From the IMG/VR virus record IMGVR_UViG_3300030708_000884, positions 1 to 30,700 of that record: 30,700 bases of DNA. One strand, given 5' to 3'. Position 1 is the first letter of the stretch; each line of letters opens with the position of its first letter. This stretch comes from a virus (lineage: Duplodnaviria; Caudoviricetes). The position numbers and the translations under genes are program-made. Positions 1-6,020 of this stretch are shown one piece after another. The notes beneath the pieces are model-generated. The model searched no databases and was not told the origin of the DNA. It saw nothing but the letters and a program-made list of their open reading frames with translations.

Positions 1-1
1 C

Positions 2-340
2 GAGACATATGAATATGGCGATGTAGAAATCGCATCAGAAGTTGGTTGGGCAAACTACAAACGTGTTGCCGATGGCATCATGACCATGCTCGACCGCACG
101 GGACTTCTTCACGGGTATAGCTTCAACAGTTGGAGTGATGTCGTTGTATATGACGAAGCCTTTATCGAAGAGTGGTTGGAATCTCCACAGACCTCCCTTT
201 ATTATTCACTCCAAGTAATGGGAGACACACAAGATAAATCAGATGTCTACGCTGCCCTTGGCGACAAAGACATTGAGGGTTATCTCGAAGACCTATTGTT
301 GGAGCCAGAAAATGAACCACAATGTGACTGTCAAGAATGA
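2..340 (+). CDS. nrdA: Ribonucleotide reductase class I alpha subunit, C-terminal part (5'-truncated by window edge)
   Basis: The frame is open from base 2 (ETYEYGDVEIASEVGWANYKRVADGIMTML...). It contains the TSLYYS adjacent-tyrosine motif of class I alpha subunits and a C-terminal redox Cys pair (PQCDCQE). A ferritin-like beta gene follows directly via an ATGA overlap. Confidence 0.85.
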   Translation, partial: ETYEYGDVEIASEVGWANYKRVADGIMTMLDRTGLLHGYSFNSWSDVVVYDEAFIEEWLESPQTSLYYSLQVMGDTQDKSDVYAALGDKDIEGYLEDLLLEPENEPQCDCQE

Positions 341-1053
341 ACCCGTATCAAAAACTAATCGAACGAAAAAGAACATGGACACCAGTACAGACGACTGCTG
401 GTACAGTGAAGGAGGGGGCCAAAGAAGTATTACAACGTGCCCTTGCAGTAAGACATATGGAACTGCCTGTGGGAGAGTTTATCAATGAAGCTCTTGCTAC
501 CGAAGTACCGCCGCTGGCACGCGAGCTACTTCTCTCCAATGTCAAAGACGAAGAAAAACATGACCTCGCACTTGGTTACATTGCCAATGCTCACGGGGTT
601 GATGAGAAAGCTGAGGCCGAAGCGTTACGGCTCCGTGATGCTTGGACAGCGCATCCGGATCATACAATCACTAAGGCCATGGTCGCTGAGCGTGCAATTT
701 TCTTCGTTCTTCTACCACTCTTTCGCGCTGTTGGTGACCCTGGAATGCGAACAGTTTCCGCAGACATAAGCAGAGATGAGCAAATTCACGTGGCTGCCAA
801 TAGTTTGGTTCATACTGAGCTGGGGTATAACATCAGTCCTTCTCTTGATCTACTCCGTAAGGCAACTATAAACTGGGTGCTGCAGCCACTGTCTGCAACA
901 AACCCTGATAAATATCTGAACAAAAAATTTTGGCTGGATTCTAGTGATCGCCTGATGTATGAGGGCAAAGCTCCTGAGCTTACCTTTACACGGGCATCAC
1001 GAGTCCCGGCTTTCTTTGAACATAGCAACAATGACCTCCCCCAATATGCTTGA
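337..1053 (+). CDS. nrdB: Ribonucleotide reductase class I beta subunit (short ferritin-like, cyanopodovirus type)
   Basis: Di-metal ligand pattern E42, DE72EKH75, E118, DE148QIH151, with N-terminal W14 and penultimate Y237. Adjacent to the RNR alpha gene. Confidence 0.8.
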   Translation: MNPYQKLIERKRTWTPVQTTAGTVKEGAKEVLQRALAVRHMELPVGEFINEALATEVPPLARELLLSNVKDEEKHDLALGYIANAHGVDEKAEAEALRLRDAWTAHPDHTITKAMVAERAIFFVLLPLFRAVGDPGMRTVSADISRDEQIHVAANSLVHTELGYNISPSLDLLRKATINWVLQPLSATNPDKYLNKKFWLDSSDRLMYEGKAPELTFTRASRVPAFFEHSNNDLPQYA

Positions 1054-1210
1054 AGTCCTTGGGATGAACTCCCAGGGTCTTGTCCATGCACTTGAGGAAT
1101 CTTTCCCACCCACCAACCCAACACCTGACGATACAATGCAAAAAATTATGTACCGATCTGGTCAACGCAGTGTCGTTGAGTGGGTCATTAAATACTTGGA
1201 GGATAACTAA
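1031..1210 (+). CDS. Small conserved hypothetical protein (position of T7 gp6.5)
   Basis: MTSPNMLEVLG...QKIMYRSGQRSVVEWVIKYLEDN. An ATG at 1031 or 1046 is more plausible than the track start at 959. The stop overlaps the next ATG (TAATG). Confidence 0.7.
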   Translation: MTSPNMLEVLGMNSQGLVHALEESFPPTNPTPDDTMQKIMYRSGQRSVVEWVIKYLEDN

Positions 1211-1947
1211 TGGCTGAAACTAAATATAATCTAGCCATGAATATGCCAGGTCTGCCCACTGGTGGACGTGGTTACTCAGAAAGGTTTGATGCACTCCAGG
1301 ATGCGGCAAAAGCACGAAGAGATCTATTTAGCGGCAGTGGTAGAAAAAATTTACATAAGCTTGGAATTAAAGAAGGATATAGTTTTGTTGGTGGCGAAGG
1401 TAAAACTTTAGTTGACAGTATTGAATATAGAGGAGGTGCTTACAATGAAGGCGGCATCCTTAATATCTATAAAGATGCAGCACCTATGGAGACTGGAGGT
1501 GGTGACGATGGTGGCAATGACGACGGCGGCAATGGCGGCGGCGGCAATGGCGGCGGCGGTCCTGGCAGCTCACCCGGTAGCGATGGCGGTGCTGGGGAAA
1601 CCATCAACCCTTATGAAGGCATTGAGTTTCCTGACTACTCAGACCAGTTCAGTGGTATGAATGATGCTATTACTGGTTTGTCCACTACTTTCACGAATGA
1701 GTTAGCAAAGCTGACAGGTAAAATGGCTGAGGATCGCAAAGCTGCTGAAGATCGCATGGCTGAGATGCAACAATCATTCCAGCAATCTCTTGCAGCACGT
1801 AAATCTAAACCCAGAGTATCTGGGATTCGGTTTGCAGATCGTGGCACTGGTGGTCGTAGCTCTAGTCAACTTTTGCGTAGAGGCGTACGCGGTACGTTTG
1901 GTCGAAGCGGTGAGCGCCTAATGAAAATTTCTGCACTTAACATCTAA
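1210..1947 (+). CDS. Gly-rich hypothetical protein immediately upstream of portal (position of T7 gp6.7/7.3 virion proteins)
   Basis: 245 aa ORF coupled by TAATG at both ends. It has a Gly/Asn/Asp low-complexity middle, a coiled-coil-like segment and a basic C-terminus ending LNI. Confidence 0.75.
   Translation: MAETKYNLAMNMPGLPTGGRGYSERFDALQDAAKARRDLFSGSGRKNLHKLGIKEGYSFVGGEGKTLVDSIEYRGGAYNEGGILNIYKDAAPMETGGGDDGGNDDGGNGGGGNGGGGPGSSPGSDGGAGETINPYEGIEFPDYSDQFSGMNDAITGLSTTFTNELAKLTGKMAEDRKAAEDRMAEMQQSFQQSLAARKSKPRVSGIRFADRGTGGRSSSQLLRRGVRGTFGRSGERLMKISALNI
1495..1560 (+). repeat. In-frame Gly-rich 15-nt tandem repeats
   Basis: GGCAATGGCGGCGGC occurs twice in tandem (1528-1557), preceded by GGDDGGNDDGGN repeats. 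Confidence 0.8.
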
Positions 1948-3503
1948 TGTCAGCACGTACACGATATGATTATTTAGCCAGCGACCGTTCTCAATTTTTA
2001 GAAGAAGCACGTCAAGCCTCAGAACTGACACTTCCATATTTGATTCGTGGTCATGAAGAATACACCATGGGCATGAAGCAGCTAAAGACACCTTACCAAA
2101 GCGTTGGAGCTAAGGGTTGTGTGACGCTTGCATCTAAACTGATGCTTGCTCTCCTTCCTGTGCAGACTTCGTTTTTTAAATTGCAGCTTGACGAAAGTCA
2201 ACTGGGTCAAGACTTCGGACCAGAAATTAAATCCGAACTTGACCTGTCTTTTGCAAAGATCGAGCGTATCATTCTTGAATCAATTGCAGCATCTGATGAC
2301 CGTGTGGCTGTGCACCAAGCATTGCTGCACCTTGTCGTTTGCGGCAACGCTATGATCTACATGAGCAAAGATGGATTAAAAGTCTACCCTCTGAACCGCT
2401 ACGTTGTGGATCGAGATGGCAACGGTCAAGTGGTTGAAATAATCACAAAAGAACGTATCTCAAAACAAGTTCTTAAAGAACAACTACCAAAAGATTTCTT
2501 CACAGATGCACGTGGTGTCAGTGAGGAAGGATCATATGATGACGACATGGATGTCTATACCCATGTCAAACGTGACAACAATCGTTTTGTTTGGCACCAG
2601 GAAGTGTCAGATAAAATTGTAAAAGGTTCACAAGGTAAGTCACCTCTTGGTACAACGCCTTGGATCCCACTGATGTTTAATAAAGTTGATGGTGAAAGCT
2701 ACGGTCGTGGCAGGGTAGGCCAGTTTATTGGTGACCTCAAATCTCTAGAAGGTTTGAGTCAGGCACTGGTAGAAGGCAGTGCTGCTGCAGCTAAAGTTGT
2801 ATTTACTGTCAGCCCTTCATCCACAACCAAACCCAGCACACTTGCTGCTGCAGGTAACGGTGCAATCATCCAGGGTCGTCCTGATGACGTAGGTGTTGTG
2901 CAGGTAGGTAAGACAGCGGACTTCCGTACTGCATTTGAGATGACACAGGTTCTTGAACGTCGTCTTAGCGAAGCGTTCCTTATCCTTAATGTTAGACAGT
3001 CAGAACGCACGACTGCCGAAGAGGTCCGCATGACACAGATGGAGCTGGAACAGCAACTTGGTGGACTATTCTCCCTGCTGACTGTTGACTTCCTTGTTCC
3101 ATACCTCAACCGTAAACTGAGTGAGGCACAACGTAAGGGTGAGATTCCTAAGATTCCTAAGGACATTGTCAAGCCAACCATTGTGGCTGGTGTGAATGCA
3201 CTAGGCCGCGGCCAAGACCGTGAGAGTTTAGGTCAGTTCTTGCAGATCCTTGCACAGACAATCGGACCTGAATCTATTTCTACCTTTATCAACACAGACG
3301 AACTTATCAAACGGTTTGCTGCTGCACAAGGCATTGACATTCTCAACCTCGTACGTTCTATGGAAGATGTACAGGCTGAGCGTCAGCAGGCAGTAAAGCA
3401 ACAACAACTTATGGAGTCACAGAAACTTGCAGTCGATGCAATGAAGACTCCAATGATGGATCCCAGTAAAAATCCTAACGTAGGACAACCACCCACTGAA
3501 TAA
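1947..3503 (+). CDS. Portal protein (head-to-tail connector, T7 gp8-like)
   Basis: 518 aa. Motifs typical of T7-like portals: YQSVGAKGCVTLASKLMLALLP, GESYGRGRV, ERTTAEEVR, and C-terminal ALGRGQD. Confidence 0.96.
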   Translation: MSARTRYDYLASDRSQFLEEARQASELTLPYLIRGHEEYTMGMKQLKTPYQSVGAKGCVTLASKLMLALLPVQTSFFKLQLDESQLGQDFGPEIKSELDLSFAKIERIILESIAASDDRVAVHQALLHLVVCGNAMIYMSKDGLKVYPLNRYVVDRDGNGQVVEIITKERISKQVLKEQLPKDFFTDARGVSEEGSYDDDMDVYTHVKRDNNRFVWHQEVSDKIVKGSQGKSPLGTTPWIPLMFNKVDGESYGRGRVGQFIGDLKSLEGLSQALVEGSAAAAKVVFTVSPSSTTKPSTLAAAGNGAIIQGRPDDVGVVQVGKTADFRTAFEMTQVLERRLSEAFLILNVRQSERTTAEEVRMTQMELEQQLGGLFSLLTVDFLVPYLNRKLSEAQRKGEIPKIPKDIVKPTIVAGVNALGRGQDRESLGQFLQILAQTIGPESISTFINTDELIKRFAAAQGIDILNLVRSMEDVQAERQQAVKQQQLMESQKLAVDAMKTPMMDPSKNPNVGQPPTE

Positions 3504-3505
3504 CC

Positions 3506-4264
3506 ATGGCAGAAGTAATGTCTATGATCCCGGAAGAAAACGCTCCGGGAGAACTTAATGCAGACGAACAAGAATCTCTACAAGTTGGCGAAGAGCTTGA
3601 GGCACAGCATGATCAAATGCTGGCAGGTAAGTACAGGAATGCAGAAGAACTAGAGTCTGCTTATCTTGAACTACAAAAGAAGCTTGGAGGTGACGGCGAA
3701 GAGGTAGAGGAAGAAGTAACTGAGGAATCAGATGAACCTGAACCTTACAACAGTGACCTGTTTGACAGGCTGTGGGAAGGTGCAGAGAACAACGAATGGA
3801 GTGACGAGATTCTAGATGAAGTAGCCAACGCTGATCCTGCTGCCTTGGCAGAAATGCACCTCGACTATCGTCGTCAGGTCGAGCAGCAGCGGGGACCAAT
3901 CATGACTGAAGAAGATGCAACTGCATTGAAAGGCATGATCGGTGGTGACGACAACTACGCTGAGTTGATTGGCTGGGCTAAAGAAAACTTCTCTGAACAA
4001 GAGATCGATATGTACGATGCGATCATGGATTCAGGCAATGCACAGGCAGCCTTCTTTGCTGTCCAGGCTCTTGCTCTCCGTCATCGTGATGCTGTTGGTT
4101 ATGAAGGAGATGTGATCCAAGGCAAAGCACCTGTCAATTCCAATCAAGGTTTCCGCAGTCAAGCTGAACTTGTGCAGGCTATGTCTGACCCTCGTTATGA
4201 CAATGATTCTGCATATAGGCAAGACGTTATGCGTAAGCTTGAAAACTCTGATATTGATTTCTAA
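3506..4264 (+). CDS. Capsid assembly (scaffolding) protein, T7 gp9-like
   Basis: Acidic 252 aa ORF after the portal gene. Contains LAGKY..AEELE.AY.ELQKKLG and C-terminal FRSQAELVQAMSDPRYDNDSAYRQDV. Confidence 0.93.
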   Translation: MAEVMSMIPEENAPGELNADEQESLQVGEELEAQHDQMLAGKYRNAEELESAYLELQKKLGGDGEEVEEEVTEESDEPEPYNSDLFDRLWEGAENNEWSDEILDEVANADPAALAEMHLDYRRQVEQQRGPIMTEEDATALKGMIGGDDNYAELIGWAKENFSEQEIDMYDAIMDSGNAQAAFFAVQALALRHRDAVGYEGDVIQGKAPVNSNQGFRSQAELVQAMSDPRYDNDSAYRQDVMRKLENSDIDF

Positions 4265-4266
4265 CC

Positions 4267-4428
4267 ATGCCTTACGGACCTGGAACATACGGCTCCCAAG
4301 TGGGTCGGCCAAAAAAGAAAAACAAAAAACTGTCGCCTAAGCAGAAGAAGATGGCAAGTCTCGGTGGCAATCCAAATAAAATTGATGCTTCTGATTTGAA
4401 AATCCTACGCGGTCGGAGGATGCGCTGA
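4267..4428 (+). CDS. Small basic protein (53 aa)
   Basis: Translated by hand: MPYGPGTYGSQVGRPKKKNKKLSPKQKKMASLGGNPNKIDASDLKILRGRRMR. Starts 2 nt after the scaffold stop (TAACCATG), and its stop overlaps the next ATG (TGATG). Confidence 0.75.
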   Translation: MPYGPGTYGSQVGRPKKKNKKLSPKQKKMASLGGNPNKIDASDLKILRGRRMR

Positions 4429-4490
4429 TGGCACACAAAGGCAAAGGCTCTTGCGGAGGCAAGAAAGGTGGCAAAGGCTACAAAAAGTAG
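4428..4490 (+). CDS. 20-aa Lys/Gly micro-peptide
   Basis: MAHKGKGSCGGKKGGKGYKK*. Its ATG overlaps the upstream TGA, indicating translational coupling. Confidence 0.55.
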   Translation: MAHKGKGSCGGKKGGKGYKK

Positions 4491-4728
4491 TACCCGATCA
4501 GTCAGTCTAAAGATTGGTACACACAAATCGAGGAGCGGTGGCTTGACTGCTGCCGGTCGTCGTAAATACAACAGAGCTACAGGGTCCAACCTAAAGGCAC
4601 CTCAGCCTGAAGGCGGGCCACGCAAGCGTTCTTTCTGTGCCCGTATGTCGGGTGTCAAAGGACCAATGAAAGACAGCAAGGGTCGTCCTACACGGAAGGC
4701 TCTTGCACTACGTAAATGGAAATGCTAA
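4468..4728 (+). CDS. Small basic phage protein (DUF6321-like)
   Basis: GTG start. GGLTAAGRRKYNRATGSNLKAPQPEGGPRKRSFCARMSG...ALALRKWKC is a pattern I recognise from marine phage proteins; the family name is from memory. Confidence 0.8.
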   Translation: MAKATKSSTRSVSLKIGTHKSRSGGLTAAGRRKYNRATGSNLKAPQPEGGPRKRSFCARMSGVKGPMKDSKGRPTRKALALRKWKC

Positions 4729-4943
4729 TGAAAAAGCATCGCGTTGATCAAAAAGCATTCAGTAGTAACTTTGTTTCACAGTCCTTTGAGATTGGCCCAG
4801 GCCACAGAGGTGCACAGAAGAAACAGAAGATCTACAACAAAGGTAAAAGCACTACTAACCCCAACGAAAAGGACACGTTCCTTCGTCGGACAGGGCCACA
4901 ACTTCCTTTAGCAAAAAGAAAATCTAAAAAAAGCTATGGCTAA
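4728..4943 (+). CDS. Small basic hypothetical protein
   Basis: The ATG at 4728 overlaps the upstream TAA. Sequence MKKHRVDQKAF...LPLAKRKSKKSYG. Confidence 0.7.
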   Translation: MKKHRVDQKAFSSNFVSQSFEIGPGHRGAQKKQKIYNKGKSTTNPNEKDTFLRRTGPQLPLAKRKSKKSYG

Positions 4944-5085
4944 ACCTGGACTCTACGCTAACATCCATGCTAAGCGGCGTCGCATCGCCGCAGGCAGTGG
5001 CGAGAAGATGAGGAAGCCGGGCTCTAAAGGAGCACCGACTGCCGCTAACTTCAAGCGTGCTGCCAAAACCGCCAAAAAACGCTAA
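4936..5085 (+). CDS. Small basic protein (49 aa)
   Basis: Translated by hand: MAKPGLYANIHAKRRRIAAGSGEKMRKPGSKGAPTAANFKRAAKTAKKR. It overlaps the previous stop and ends 5 nt before the next ATG. The GLYANIHAKR pattern recurs in marine podophages. Confidence 0.8.
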   Translation: MAKPGLYANIHAKRRRIAAGSGEKMRKPGSKGAPTAANFKRAAKTAKKR

Positions 5086-5090
5086 ACAAA

Positions 5091-5435
5091 ATGAAGCTCA
5101 CTGCTTTCCTCCCCGCAGCACTCATCGCTGTTGCAGCACCGGCTACGGCACAGACCTATGTCAACGTCGAAGCTAACTCAGGGTTCACTGGCTCGGACTA
5201 CGCTGGCACTGTCATCGACAACCACGTAGGCTACAAAAAGGACAACTGGTATATCCAGGCTGGACCTGCAATTGTAGCACCCGACGGCGGTGACTCTGAT
5301 CTTGAGTTCTCTGGCAAAGTTGGCGGCTCCCTTCCTTTGTCTGAAAAGTTGTCTGCCTATGGTGAGGTGTCATTCATGACATCTGACGATGACAACAACT
5401 ATGGCACAAAGGTTGGTTTTACCTACGACTTCTAA
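5091..5435 (+). CDS. Secreted small outer-membrane beta-barrel-like protein
   Basis: Signal peptide MKLTAFLPAALIAVAAPATA. Alternating amphipathic beta strands (YVNVEAN, WYIQAGP, LSAYGEVSF). C-terminal KVGFTYDF ends in Phe, like a BAM beta-signal. Confidence 0.75.
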   Translation: MKLTAFLPAALIAVAAPATAQTYVNVEANSGFTGSDYAGTVIDNHVGYKKDNWYIQAGPAIVAPDGGDSDLEFSGKVGGSLPLSEKLSAYGEVSFMTSDDDNNYGTKVGFTYDF

Positions 5436-5446
5436 TTAGACTCCAG

Positions 5447-5510
5447 CCGTACGTTCATCCCTTTTGGGACGCAGGCAACCTACTCATGGAACGGGGGGTA
5501 GGTTTTTTTG
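5447..5510 (+). ncRNA. Probable glutamine-II riboswitch (Downstream-peptide RNA motif)
   Basis: P1 CGTTC(5452-56)/GAACG(5489-93). Hairpin TCCC-TTTT-GGGA (5458-69) is flanked by CA and CGCA. Pseudoknot AACCTACTC(5477-85)/GGGTAGGTT(5496-5504). It lies directly upstream of a short LTYRGV peptide ORF, the typical genomic context of this motif. Confidence 0.8.
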
Positions 5511-5520
5511 GTATCTAACA

Positions 5521-5607
5521 ATGCAAAAAACTGCACAGAAAAAAGAAGTCGTCCTGACCTATCGTGGCGTCGCATACGTCGTCCATCGTAAGGTCGAAAA
5601 AAACTGA
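5521..5607 (+). CDS. 28-aa downstream peptide (DUF4278-like, LTYRGV motif)
   Basis: MQKTAQKKEVVLTYRGVAYVVHRKVEKN*. LTYRGVAY is the hallmark of the peptides found after Downstream-peptide RNAs. Confidence 0.78.
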   Translation: MQKTAQKKEVVLTYRGVAYVVHRKVEKN

Positions 5608-5656
5608 ATACAAAGAGCTTTCCACAATTGTAAAGCCCGAAGGAACGGTTTAAGGA

Positions 5657-5679
5657 GTGGGTGTTCGGAAAGCGCCCAC
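5657..5679 (+). other. Intergenic stem-loop
   Basis: GTGGGTGTT-CGGAA-AGCGCCCAC forms a 9-bp stem with two G-U pairs, upstream of the ORF at 5703. Confidence 0.5.
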
Positions 5680-5702
5680 GCCTACATATAACAGAATACA
5701 CT

Positions 5703-5855
5703 ATGCCACATCAATCTAAGGTTGTAAAAACCTCCGTTACAAAGATGGCTCCTGAGCCTGAGGATAACGGTCTGGTCTTCAACCGCTGTGGTCACTGTGG
5801 TGACAAGAAACCACAATGTCGCAAACAAAAGAAGTGCCTTAAAGGTCTTCTATAA
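5703..5855 (+). CDS. 50-aa Cys-rich mini-protein
   Basis: MPHQSKVVKTSVTKMAPEPEDNGLVFNRCGHCGDKKPQCRKQKKCLKGLL. The ATG at 5703 follows an AT-rich leader; four Cys residues. Confidence 0.7.
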   Translation: MPHQSKVVKTSVTKMAPEPEDNGLVFNRCGHCGDKKPQCRKQKKCLKGLL

Positions 5856-5862
5856 AAAGCTT

Positions 5863-5990
5863 GGGAGGCACCTCAGAGTCGGACCTCCCTTGCCTTGGCT
5901 TTTGGCCCGTACGCGGATACCCATTAGCCGTCTAGACGGTGGGATAGACCACAAAAATTTTTGGCACAATGCCATCCAAACGTTTGGAGA
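5863..5990 (+). promoter_or_regulatory. Structured leader upstream of the major capsid gene
   Basis: Hairpin GGGAGG(5863-68)/CCTCCC(5884-89). Nested stem GGCT..TGG.CCG-TACG-CGG..CCA..AGCC (5897-5929). Perfect palindromes at 5928-39, 5952-63 and 5975-88. Confidence 0.55.
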
Positions 5991-6020
5991 TTGCTTATAC
6001 ACTTTATTCGTACCTAACAA

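Noticed and set aside
4272-4589. Reverse-strand hydrophobic ORF
   Set aside because: It is the mirror of Lys-rich + strand micro-ORFs (AAA read as TTT); the coupled + strand ORFs explain the region.
5610-5660. Possible twister or hammerhead ribozyme
   Set aside because: The conserved catalytic cores (CUGAUGA/GAAA for hammerhead; the twister pseudoknot pattern) could not be matched.
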